A DNA stretch of 64,000 bases from Spirochaetia bacterium (GTDB lineage: Bacteria; Spirochaetota; Spirochaetia; SZUA-6; Bin103): the NCBI GenBank assembly GCA_965203905.1, contig CBDBDQ010000005.1, forward strand, positions 5,376,001 to 5,440,000, read 5' to 3'. Shown here one piece after another: positions 1 to 9,132 of this stretch; position 1 is the stretch's first letter; each line of letters opens with the position of its first letter. The notes beneath the pieces are model-generated. The model ran no database searches. It was not told the origin of the DNA and worked only from the letters and a program-made list of their open reading frames with translations. Position numbers and translations under genes: made by a program.

Positions 1-165
1 GGCGCTCGACCCGCAGCCCCGTGCCCCGACCCGATTCCGTCCGTATCCCGCCAGGAAGCGAGTGATGACGAACGCCGTCTACAAGCCTAAGCCGATGTGT
101 ACCCAGCAGGCGATCCGCGCCGAAGGACGGCTGACCGAGATCCTGGCAGCCGGGTTCGTAAGCCC

Positions 166-468
166 ATGATTACCCGCGTCGAGGCGCTCAACTTCCGCTG
201 TCTGCGGTACGTGCATCGACCGATGAACCCGTTCCACGTATTGGTCGGCCCGAACGCATCTGGCAAGACGACGTTCCTGGACGTCATCGGTCTCCTGGGT
301 GACATCGTGTCAGGCGGGCTGGATTACGCCCTGTCCGAGCGCACACCCAACCCGCAGGATCTGCTGTTCGGACGCCGCGGCAGTCGACTCGAACTCGCGG
401 TGGAGGCGACCGTGCCCAACGCCCTTCGCCAACCCGAGGCGCAGCAGTGGAACACGGTTCGTTATCAA
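166..468 (+). pseudogene. N-terminal fragment of an AAA_21/AAA_15-type (SMC/ABC-like) ATPase
   Basis: MITRVEALNFRCLR...HVLVGPNASGKTTFLD (Walker A). Protein-like sequence ends after ~100 aa; no Walker B. Confidence 0.7.
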
Positions 469-654
469 TGCATGAAGGTGTGCGCACCGGCAGCGTCACT
501 TGCTCGGCCCGCACTGTCGGCGGCGGTGCGGGCTCGTGCGTTCCCGCCACCGAGCAGAGGCCGCCGCACTTTCCCGCAGCAGAGGATCGGGCCGTGCGCT
601 CGTATACGCTCAGCGTCGCCGCCGGTAGCGACGGCACGGCGGGCGATTGCGGCG

Positions 655-673
655 TGTAACGTGGCGCGCTACA
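655..673. promoter_or_regulatory. Inverted repeat, probable HigA operator of higBA
   Basis: TGTAACG-tggcg-CGCTACA (6/7 inverted repeat) immediately upstream of the higB ATG at 681, overlapping a TACAGT -10-like hexamer. Confidence 0.55.
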
Positions 674-680
674 GTGCAGC

Positions 681-953
681 ATGAGGATCAGGCACAAGGC
701 ACTGCGGGCGCTGCACGAGCGCGACGACGCTGCGCGGCTGCCCTCCGGTCTCGTGCCACGGCTTCGGCGTATCCTGTTCCGTCTGCAAGAAGCGACGCAT
801 CCGGGCAGCGCCGACGCGCCGGGCTTCCGGCTGCATCCCCTAAAGGGCGACCGCGCCGGACAGTGGAGCGTCCGCGTCTCGGGCAACTGGCGCGTGGTAT
901 TCCGCTTCGAGGACGGCGAGGCCGTGGACGTGGACCTGATCGACTATCACTGA
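681..953 (+). CDS. higB: HigB/RelE-family toxin (plasmid maintenance system killer)
   Basis: 90 aa; IRHKAL...LHPLKGDRAGQWSVRVSGNWRVVFRFEDGEAVDVDLIDYH. Confidence 0.92.
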   Translation: MRIRHKALRALHERDDAARLPSGLVPRLRRILFRLQEATHPGSADAPGFRLHPLKGDRAGQWSVRVSGNWRVVFRFEDGEAVDVDLIDYH

Positions 954-972
954 CTGGAACGGAGCGCAGACC

Positions 973-1287
973 ATGAGCGAGATTGCAAACGATCGCGTCG
1001 GCCCGATGCAGAACCCGCCGCACCTGGGCGAACTGATCCGCGAGAGCATGGACGATGTGGGCTGGAACGTGACCGAGACGGCGGAGCGTCTCGGCTGCGA
1101 GCGCGGAACGCTGTCGCGCCTGCTGAACGGCAAGGCGGGGGTGTCGGCGAATATGGCGCTGGCGCTTGAGGATGTCGGCTGGGGAACCGCCGAACACTGG
1201 ATGCGAATGCAGGCGAGCTACGAGCTTGCACAGGCGCGCCGGGAGAGGATCACCGCCGAACGGCGTGCGGGCGCGCTGCACGCATGA
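973..1287 (+). CDS. higA: HigA-family antitoxin (HTH)
   Basis: PMQNPPHLGELIRE...TETAERLG...LSRLLNGKAGVSANMALAL...WMRMQASYEL; lies downstream of higB. Confidence 0.92.
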   Translation: MSEIANDRVGPMQNPPHLGELIRESMDDVGWNVTETAERLGCERGTLSRLLNGKAGVSANMALALEDVGWGTAEHWMRMQASYELAQARRERITAERRAGALHA

Positions 1288-1394
1288 TCGAGCCTCGCGC
1301 AAGCGCGGACGGACGGGGGCACAATCCGGGCGGCTCCGCTTTCGGTCAGCGGTGCGCCGTCTGGCGCGCGGCGCAAGGCGGGCGGCGTGACCTG

Positions 1395-1598
1395 ATGCGC
1401 CTGTCGTGGAACGAGGTCCGCACCCGCGCCGCCACCTTCGCTGAGGATTGGAAGGACGCGGCCTACGAGAAGGGCGAAACACAGAGCTTCTACAACGCCT
1501 TCTTCGACGTGTTCGGGGTGCGGCGGCGGAACGTCGCGCGATACGAAGCCCATGTCCCCAAGCTGGACAACCGCTCGGGCGGGCGTGCTGCTCGTTGA
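1395..1598 (+). pseudogene. N-terminal stub of an MmeI-like type IIL restriction-modification enzyme
   Basis: MRLSWNEVRTRAATFAEDWKDAAYEKGETQSFYNAFFDVFGVRRRNVARYE resembles the MmeI-family N-terminus; stops after ~67 codons. Confidence 0.7.
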
Positions 1599-1646
1599 AC
1601 AGCCAACGTTTCGATAGCGAATCAATCCCAAGGGAGTGCAGCTTTG

Positions 1647-1764
1647 ATGCCCAAGCAGAACATCAACTTCAAGGATCCGCTGTGGATCGTTGCATGGCTC
1701 GATACAGCCCTGAAGAAGGAGAAGGAGAAATACGCCAAATGTCCCATAATTCCTGATATGGTTC
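1647..1764 (+). pseudogene. 5' part of an IS-disrupted HEPN-like gene (continues at 7285-8015)
   Basis: Removing 1765-7284 restores one frame, ...CPIIPDMVPGHEVAQG..., of 282 aa. Confidence 0.85.
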
Positions 1765-1964
1765 GGGTGCGGCTCTTTTGCGACGACGCGGGGGAGGGCA
1801 TAGGCGTGGTGGGGAGAGCATGTATTACTCATGGCTACGGCGGGGATTCCGCGTTGCGATGGGGGCTGCGGACGGCAAGTTAAGTCAGGAGCGTGACGGA
1901 CGCAGATGAGCCGGTACGCAGGCGGCGGCTGGCGGGCGCGGGTGAGCGGTGGAAAGCTGGGGCG

Positions 1965-3578
1965 CTACCGGACGAGTCTCAGGTGCGGCACGGGGTTCGG
2001 GTGTTCCAGCGACGGCACGTTGCCTTCAGCGTAACGTTGGCGGTGGGTACGCTCCCACTCCTGCTGCTCATGGAACGTCCAGTAGGCGTCGAAATCGCCG
2101 CTGCTGCGCAGCGCCCTGAGGCGCAGTACCGCTTCGGCCGAGCGTAGTCGCCAGCGCGCACCGGTAATGCCAAGGCGGTCGTTGACCAAGTGCCGGCAGG
2201 CGCCTTCGACGACGCCCGAGCCAATCGGCAGCCCAGCGGCCAGGTAGCGGTCGTAGGCCAGGTAGCCCTGGTACTTCAGCAGGTAGTTGGCGCACTGGTC
2301 GATCGGTCGCCGCTGCCGCTTCGTCAGGCGGCGCCTGGTGGCGCTCCGGCGCATGCCGGCAGCCACCGAGCGGGCGCGGCCTTCCAGGATACGTCCCAGG
2401 CGCTGCAAGACCCACTGCTCCAACCGTTGGCTGCCTTCGGCCTCCAGGGCGTGGCCGGCTTTCCACAGGTATTCGAGCACGTGAAAGATGTCCAGCACGA
2501 TGGTCACCTGCACCCCGTGGTGCGCGGCCAGCTCTGCCAGGAGGTCCAACTGCGTCCGGTTGCCGTCGACCACCGCGACCCAGGTCTGCTGCTGCTGCGG
2601 ATCGCGCTCGCGCGCTTCTCGGAACGCCTCCTGCAACATCTGCCGAGGTTCCTGCTTCAGACTCGCCCACACGCGCTTGTGCTGCGGTCGCGGTCGCGGC
2701 GGCGAGCGTTGCTGCTCGGCGTCCTCAGCGCGCGCCAGCAGCGCCAGCATCTGCTGCGGCGTGCGCACGTGGGCGGCCACCGAGTAGACGACCGCCACCG
2801 TGGCCATGCGCTTGCGGTTGCGTTTCTCGCCCTTGCTCAGGCGCGTGGCCAGCTTGCCACGCGCCGTGCGCTCGCTGGCCGCGCGCGTGGCAGGTCGCAG
2901 GTCCTGCTGGTGCATGACCACGCCCTTGGCGTCGCTGGTGATCACCAGCAGGACATCCTCAGTCGCCTGCGGCTCGACCGCTCCGTGGTCGGCGACCGTC
3001 TGCTCCGCAGACGCTTGCTGGCGCCGCTGCTGGTAGAAGGCGTCGAAGTCCTGCGCCGCCCGACTGACCAGTTCTTCCACCTGCCGCTTGCCGATCTTGG
3101 CACCGGTGTAGCGATTGAGCGCCTCCACCGTCTCGTCAAACGAGTTCTTCGATGCTTCCAACGCTACTCGCCGCCGCACCTCCAGCGAGTAGCGCTCGGC
3201 GGGAAGGTTCAACTGCGCATCCAGCGGATGCAGGCTCGCTTGCCCCTCCGCCCCGTAGCCGGTGCGCGCTACCTGGACGGTGCCGAAGATCGTCTCCAAC
3301 TGGCGCTGCTGGGTCCGCTGGCGCGTGCGCGGCTGGCCTTGCGCATCCACCACCTCTGCGCTGACCTGCGCCTCGGCCTGCTGGTCAAGACAGTTCTGGT
3401 AGAGTTGCCGTAACAGTTCCTGACCTTCGCTGGTCAGCAGTCGCTCCAGGTCACTGTGCTTCATCTGTCGCGTCTCTACGTCGTTGGCTATTCGCAGCAG
3501 GTGCTCGAACCGCGCCCGCGTGGCAGCGAAGGGGTCGGCGGCCGGCTCACTCGCCCACGCCTGAGGAGCGCCCATCAC
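1965..3578 (-). CDS. ISKra4-family DDE transposase
   Basis: 537 aa; TIFGTV..R..Y, PLDAQLNLP..RYS, DAKGVVM, VDGN, LDIFHVLEYLW, GLPIGSGVVEGACRHLVNDRL..GARW. Confidence 0.92.
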   Translation of the reverse strand: MMGAPQAWASEPAADPFAATRARFEHLLRIANDVETRQMKHSDLERLLTSEGQELLRQLYQNCLDQQAEAQVSAEVVDAQGQPRTRQRTQQRQLETIFGTVQVARTGYGAEGQASLHPLDAQLNLPAERYSLEVRRRVALEASKNSFDETVEALNRYTGAKIGKRQVEELVSRAAQDFDAFYQQRRQQASAEQTVADHGAVEPQATEDVLLVITSDAKGVVMHQQDLRPATRAASERTARGKLATRLSKGEKRNRKRMATVAVVYSVAAHVRTPQQMLALLARAEDAEQQRSPPRPRPQHKRVWASLKQEPRQMLQEAFREARERDPQQQQTWVAVVDGNRTQLDLLAELAAHHGVQVTIVLDIFHVLEYLWKAGHALEAEGSQRLEQWVLQRLGRILEGRARSVAAGMRRSATRRRLTKRQRRPIDQCANYLLKYQGYLAYDRYLAAGLPIGSGVVEGACRHLVNDRLGITGARWRLRSAEAVLRLRALRSSGDFDAYWTFHEQQEWERTHRQRYAEGNVPSLEHPNPVPHLRLVR

Positions 3579-4348
3579 TCAGCCCTGCGCCAGCCGGCGT
3601 TGCGCGTCGGCCACCAGAGGATACACCAGAACCCGCTTCGGCGCTTGCCCATGACGGGTATGGGCGCGGTCCATGCGTCCCCGACCTGCCGTGGCGCCCA
3701 ACTCGATCCAGTTGGCAGCCCGGTAGCAGGTGCCGGCAAAGCGACCGCTATCCACCAGCGTCTCCAGCAGCAGTGGCTCGACCGCGAACCGCTGCTGCCA
3801 ATCGGCAGCCAGCCGCCCGGCCAGCAGCGCCAGCAGGCGGCTGGCCAGGTTCTTCACCCGGACCCACGGCAGCACCAGGAAGCGACTGTTGTTGACCACC
3901 CGTTGCAGATTGCGTGTCCGAGTCGGTTCGTCCCAGCCGATCCAGCGCTCGCGCGCCGCCAGCCGCCACGCCGGCGAGGACAGTTGCAACGCCGCCACCA
4001 GCGTCGTGGTGGGCTCGCTGACGAACGCCAGATAGCGCAGTTGGGCACCGAACGGCACCCGGTAGCCCAGGTAGTGATAGCGGCCCACCAGCTCCCGCCA
4101 CCAGCGCTGCTCGCCGGCAGTCGTGACCGGCTCCAGGTGTACGCTGCCGAACTGCCCGACGGTGCCGCATACTGGCCGCCCCGGCTCGCCAGCCGGCGTG
4201 CACGGCACCTCGGTGTGCGAGCCCAGCGGGCGCCCGGTGCTGCGCTTCGGCGGCAGGCGCAGGCGACCGCTGCGCTGCAGCATTGCAAACAGATCACGAC
4301 ATTCGCGGACCTTCAGCGCACCGTTCGGGCGCTGCCAGCGCAGCCGCC
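3579..4348 (-). pseudogene. DUF4338 (DruA-like) passenger protein, 3' part; disrupted by IS3
   Basis: YHYLGY..PFGAQLRY, RERWIGW, VVNNSRFLVLPWVRVKNLAS, LLETLVD..RFAGTCYRAANW..LG.T.GRG. Confidence 0.85.
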
Positions 4349-4408
4349 GACTGGAGTTGCCCCGCTTTCGTGGACACATTAGGAGTGAGGCGGAAGGAGG
4401 AGGCAACG

Positions 4409-4723
4409 ATGCCGAAGACACATCGACCGTACGCGCCTGAGTTTCGCCAGCAGATGGTCGAGCTGGTGCAGTCGGGGCGCACGCCTGAGGAGTTGGCGCT
4501 GGATTACGAGCCGTCGGCGGGCGCGATCCGCAACTGGGTGGCGCAGCAGGAGCGGGACGCTGGACGACGCGAGGACGGGTTGAGCAGCGATGAACGCCAG
4601 GAGCTGCGCCGACTGCGGCGGGAGAACAAGCAGCTGCGGATTGAGCGCGACATCCTAAAAAAAGCAGCGGCCTGGTTCGCACGGGAGAGCGACTCGATCC
4701 CCGAGCGGGGTTCGAGTTCGTGA
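4409..4723 (+). CDS. IS3-family OrfA (HTH_Tnp_1)
   Basis: MPKTHRPYAPEFRQQMVELV...ELRRLRRENKQLRIERDILKKAAAWF; GGAGG SD upstream. Confidence 0.92.
   Translation: MPKTHRPYAPEFRQQMVELVQSGRTPEELALDYEPSAGAIRNWVAQQERDAGRREDGLSSDERQELRRLRRENKQLRIERDILKKAAAWFARESDSIPERGSSS
4657..4664 (+). other. -1 programmed ribosomal frameshift signal (A7G) for the OrfAB fusion
   Basis: AAAAAAAG at the ILKKA codons near the end of orfA, the canonical IS3 position. Confidence 0.8.
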
Positions 4724-5571
4724 AAGCCAACCAGGCCAACTGGCCGGTACGCACGATATGTCGAGTACTGGGTCTCTCCGCCAGCGGCTACTACGCGTGG
4801 ATGCGCCGCGAGCCGTCGGCGCGAGAGCGGCGCGATGGACAGTTGCGGGAGCGTATCACGGCGATATGGAGAGCCAACCGCGAGGTGTATGGTCGCCCGC
4901 GCATCCACGCCGAGTTGCAGGCTGAGAACGAGCGAGTCGGGCACAAGCGGGTGGCGCGGCTGATGCAGCAGGCCGGCATCGAAGGGGCCAGCCGCCGGCG
5001 CGGGCCCAGGACCACAACGCGTGGCGCGGCGACCCGTCCGGCGCCAGACTTGGTGGAGCGGAACTTCACCGCGGCCGGGGCCGACCAATTGTGGGTGGCC
5101 GACATTACGTACGTGCCGACGTGGGCGGGGTTTCTGTACGTGGCGGTGGTGCTGGATGCCTGGAGCCGCCGGGTGGTGGGCTGGTCGATGGCCGGTCATC
5201 TGCGCACGGAACTGGTGCTGGAGGCGCTGGACATGGCGCTCTGGCAGCGGCGCCCCGAGCAGGTGATCCACCACAGCGACCAGGGCTCGCAGTACACCTC
5301 GATTGCGTTCGGGGTGCGCTGCAAAGAGGCCGGCGTGCGGCCGTCGATGGGCTCGGTGGGCGATGCATACGACAATGCGCTGTGCGAAAGTTTCTTCGCC
5401 ACCCTGGAGTGCGAGTTGCTCGATCGGAGCCGATTTCGCAGCCGTGCCGAGGCGCGCTTGGCAGTATTCGAGTTCATCGAGGGGTTCTACAACCGGCGCC
5501 GGCGTCACTCGGCGCTGGGCTACCAGTCGCCGGTCGCGTTCGAGGCTGCTCGGACAGGAGCGGCAGCATGA
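4720..5571 (+). CDS. IS3-family OrfB integrase core (rve, DDE)
   Basis: YGRPRIHAEL, LWVADITY, VLDAWSRRVVGW, HHSDQGSQYTS, DNALCESFF, YNRRRRHSALGY. Confidence 0.95.
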   Translation: MKANQANWPVRTICRVLGLSASGYYAWMRREPSARERRDGQLRERITAIWRANREVYGRPRIHAELQAENERVGHKRVARLMQQAGIEGASRRRGPRTTTRGAATRPAPDLVERNFTAAGADQLWVADITYVPTWAGFLYVAVVLDAWSRRVVGWSMAGHLRTELVLEALDMALWQRRPEQVIHHSDQGSQYTSIAFGVRCKEAGVRPSMGSVGDAYDNALCESFFATLECELLDRSRFRSRAEARLAVFEFIEGFYNRRRRHSALGYQSPVAFEAARTGAAA

Positions 5572-5659
5572 GCGCCGGCGCGGTGCCGATACTGGCGCGC
5601 GCCCCCTCCAGGGACGTGATTCGTCGGCAATTGGCCGTCTCCGGACCGCTCGGCGGCCG

Positions 5660-6049
5660 CGAGTTGGCGCTCGAAGCCGCCATCAGGAAGCTCGACAAGT
5701 TTCACCTCTGATGCGCGATGATTTTTCCTACGTCACCAAGGATCAGGCCGAGACCAGCGTCCTGTTCGAGCTGATCAGCGCACGTTACGAGCAACGCTCG
5801 CTGCTGCTCACCGCCAACCAGCCGTTCGGCCAGTGGGACAGGATCTTCCCCGAGCCGGCCATGACCGTCGCCGCCATCGACCGCCTGGTGCACCGCGCCA
5901 CCATCTTCGAACTCAACGTCGAGAGCTACCGGCGGCGCACCGCCAGCGACCACAAACGCTCCCGCCAGCGCGCCGCAGCGAGCGCCGGCGCGGCCGCCGA
6001 CCAGACCGCCGGCGCACCGCCGGGACCGTTACGTAACGGTGCGCAGTGA
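5660..6049 (+). pseudogene. istB: IS21-family IstB helper ATPase, C-terminal remnant with frameshift near 5709
   Basis: LEAAIRKLDKFHL / DDFSYVTKDQAETSVLFELISARYEQRSLLLTANQPFGQW..FP...TVAAIDRLVH...ESYR; no Walker A and no istA. Confidence 0.85.
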
Positions 6050-6339
6050 GCATGGCTTTGACCAACGCCCAGCGCCAACGGCGTTATCGACAGCGCCACC
6101 AAGCAGCGCAACCGCAGGTGCGCTATCGACGACCTCAGGACCGCCGCTCCCGACCGCAGCGCTGGCAGGATGCGGTGCGCACTCTGCTTGAGCTTCAGGA
6201 TGAGTATCAGGCCTGGCTCGACAACCTGCCCGACAATCTTACCGAGTCGGTGCTCGCGCACAAGCTGGAGGCGATTTGCATGCTGGATCTTGCCGAACTG
6301 GAGAGCATCGAGCCGCCGCGCGGGTTCGGTCGCGACTGA
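6046..6339 (+). CDS. Small hypothetical protein coupled to the istB remnant
   Basis: 97 aa; MALTNAQRQRRYRQR...EYQAWLDNLP...PPRGFGRD; start overlaps the istB stop. Confidence 0.65.
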   Translation: MSMALTNAQRQRRYRQRHQAAQPQVRYRRPQDRRSRPQRWQDAVRTLLELQDEYQAWLDNLPDNLTESVLAHKLEAICMLDLAELESIEPPRGFGRD

Positions 6340-6380
6340 GGAACCCCCGCCAACTCGCCCGTTCCGCTGGTCCAGCCCGC

Positions 6381-6411
6381 GCCCGTAGCGGCCCCAGGGC
6401 CCGCTACGGGC
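6381..6411. repeat. GC-rich hairpin
   Basis: GCCCGTAGCGG ... CCGCTACGGGC perfect 11-bp inverted repeat after the small ORF. Confidence 0.6.
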
Positions 6412-6941
6412 CGAGCGCGACTTCTCACGGTCGCTACGAGCAAGCGCCAACGCCCAGCCAACGGGTCCTCAGAGCGCTTGTTCAGGCCCAGCCGGCGTCG
6501 CTCGCGGCGGATCGCCTCCAAAAATCGCCCGAGGATCGCCGTGGCGGGCTTCGCGGCAGCAAGGTGGTATCGGGATACCCCCCGAGAATCACCTGCCGGC
6601 GGACCTCAACGCCAGTTTCGCGGTCATTTCTGGACAAAATGTTCAGCATACGGCTGTCGCGCTCCCTCTGTGTAGGAGGGCGTCCGACGGCGGTGGCCGC
6701 ACGCCAGCCGTGGAGGCCTACCCGGCGTCCTGGGCGCCCGGACAGATAGGAGTTGAGTTATCCACATATTCACAGGGTCAAACACCCCCCGCCCCCGGAC
6801 CCCCACCCCCCTTTACCGCCACCTTTATTTGCCCTGGGACCCGGGAGGCGTGAGTTGACAACCAACGGAATACACCTCAACCTACCGCGGACTACCCCGC
6901 CACCTCAGCAGTTACCTGTCCACCGAAACGGGACACGTCCA

Positions 6942-7077
6942 GACACACCTGCACCATCAACTGCGTACGACTGCTGCGGCCACCGGCGGCAACGATCTGG
7001 CAGACGATCCGCAGTTCAGCCTCACTGAACGTTCTGCCGGCGCTGCGCACGCCCTCGCTGTTGGCATTCATCGGCAC
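6942..7077 (-). pseudogene. DUF4338 passenger protein, 5' part
   Basis: GRTFSEAELRIVCQIV...SRTQLMVQVC joins RRLRWQRPNG in frame when the IS3 is removed (301 aa in total). Confidence 0.85.
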
Positions 7078-7277
7078 CCTCCGCTGACAACGGAGGCACC
7101 GTACCGAGTCGTGGTGGGTTTTGTCCAGCCCTTGCTATGCCCGCCAGCACGATACGTGGCAGCCTATGGCCCCGTTCCCCAAGCGTATGCCGCTGAACCA
7201 GCGCCGGGCGTCCGACAGAACCCCCAATTAACGCATCAAACTGAAGATAGAGGTCGTCCTAAAAGAGCCGCACCCAT

Positions 7278-8015
7278 ATGGTTCCTGGTCACGAAGTTGC
7301 GCAAGGATGGGGCTACGTTGTGGCCGGTTACTTTCTCGTGGAAGAATCGTTGAAGGCGCTCTTGTTCGTTAGAGGAAACCAGACAGTTCCGAAGAAACAT
7401 TCACTGTCTACTTTATTCGACATGTTGGAGAACAACGACAAGGCAGTTCTTCGAGAATACTACGATGATTATCGGAACACAATGGGCGGAAGAATTGGCA
7501 CCTTTCCCTTCCATACACTTCATGAATTTCTCCTGAATCTTGATGGCGACAAGAATAGAAAAGGTTCATTCGATTGGAGATACTATCTCATTGAGGAAAA
7601 GAGCAGCAACGTAATGCCGACAGTGAGCGTCGATTATTTGCATGAGATTGTCTACGGATGTACGCGAATTGTTGAACATGCGCACTACCGACGCTCCGAT
7701 CCGTCGAGATCCACTCTGTCGCGGCGAATGCATGCGAAGAGGAAGTTGAAGTATACCGACTGGCTAACAGTCAGAATGAATACAGAAGGGTGGGATGATC
7801 TGGGAGAGAGATTAGAAATTCTCTGGGGTCCGGATCGTCTCGGACGATACGACCTTCTGTTATTCGGAGATAAAGGTCGGAAACAGTATTTTTCGGAAAT
7901 TCCCGACGACCTTTCAGTACCTGTGGTTGATAAGAGGAACGAGATAGAAAAGTTCGATGTAGAGAAAGGATACAGGAGCATTGGGGTTTTTCGACCTGAA
8001 CGCACAGGCTCTTAA
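7278..8015 (+). pseudogene. 3' part of the IS-disrupted low-GC HEPN-like protein
   Basis: LVEESLKALL...G...PKKHSLSTLFDML resembles the HEPN E..LKA/H.L..L pattern; visibly AT-richer than its flanks. Confidence 0.6.
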
Positions 8016-8029
8016 TGACATCGATCATT

Positions 8030-9080
8030 CTTTCATCGCCGCGGCGATAAGGCTCCCGACTTTTTCCGCGGCTTCGACGAGGTGCGCATCGGCAAGGTGG
8101 GTAGCCCGTCGTCGTCCGGTTTCGGGGTGTCCAAGCAGCTTGCCGACCAGGGGCGAGTTCTCGCCCACCATGACGGCCTGGCTATCGGCCGTGTGGCGCA
8201 GATGGTGCAGGCGCAGCTTGCGGAGCCTGGCATCGGCGCAGACCGTCCGCCAGCAGTTAGTCAGAATCCAGAGCTTCGGCCTTTGGTCTGGACGGGAAAC
8301 AGGGACGCGTCCTGGTCACGGGGACCGGGCTGCGCCTCGATGAGCGCTCGCGCCGGCGCGCCGAGCGGCACGGCGCGGGGACCAGTCGTCGAGTCGGGTA
8401 AGTTGGTGGCGTCGTCTCTGACATCGCGCCAGCGAAGATTGAGCACTTCGCTGCGGCGGCATCCGGTGAGCGCCAGCAACCGGATCGCGCCGACGGCCTC
8501 GGGCCAGCGGGCTTCGTGCGCTTCAAGCGCGCGCGAGCCGGGGCAGCTCGTCCGTATCGAGGAACCGGACAACATTGTTCCTCGGGTTCTTCGCGATACC
8601 CAGTATTCCGTAGCTCGGGGTTGGGCGGCGCGGACGCGCCGGGCGAAGGTGGATTTCTCGGCCATAGTTGCGGCTCCCTGTTCGGGCCGCGCGGGTGGGC
8701 GGTAGTACAGGAAGCAGCCGCGGCGGCGTTGCGTCGGGGAAGCCGCCCGGCGGCGCGGGACGGGACGGGCCGTAAGGCCCTGTAGTCACGGGATTTTCTG
8801 TCCGTCCATGCGCTGGCGGGCGCTGGCGGGAAGGGCACCATCGGTGCGTCGGGTGTGGCGCGCAGCGTATCGCTCTACCAACAGCTCGCCGAACGAAGTG
8901 GTACGGCGACTGGGCTCGCAGGTGGCGTGCCGTACCATCGGCGACCCGGTGACGCAGTCCCTGAGCGATGCTCGTACGCTACTCGCACGGATGATCTGCC
9001 CGCGGGCGCCGCGGCACGAGCGGTGCCGCTGTTCTGTCGCTTGGCCACGGATGCGGCGTGCGCGCGAGGCGAAGTCTACT
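8030..9080 (-). pseudogene. Degraded tyrosine recombinase/integrase
   Basis: Fragments across frames: RFLDTDEL, IRLLALTGCRRSEVLNLRWRDV, LPDSTTGPRAVPL, RLHHLRHT, VGKLLGH, HLADAHL. Confidence 0.8.
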
Positions 9081-9132
9081 TTCCCGGGTTGCAGATCGTG
9101 ACACCCACGTGCATTGATAGAGGAGGAGTGAC

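Larger units (their letters stand above)
4352..6941 (+). mobile_element. IS3-family element, extended to 2590 bp by cargo
   Basis: Ends TGGAGTTGCCCCGCTTTCGTGGAC and GTCCACCGAAACGGGACACGTCCA are imperfect inverted repeats (TG...CA); 3-bp GAC duplication at 4349-4351 and 6942-6944. Confidence 0.88.
1765..7275 (-). mobile_element. ISKra4-family element with passenger gene (5511 bp including nested IS3)
   Basis: TIRs GGGTGCGGCTCTTTTnnGACGAC (21/23 match) at both ends; 9-bp direct repeat ATATGGTTC at 1756-1764 and 7276-7284; encodes an ISKra4 transposase. Confidence 0.92.

Noticed and set aside
3579-4348. Druantia defence system
   Set aside because: Only a DUF4338 gene inside an IS; no DruE-like helicase or other dru genes.
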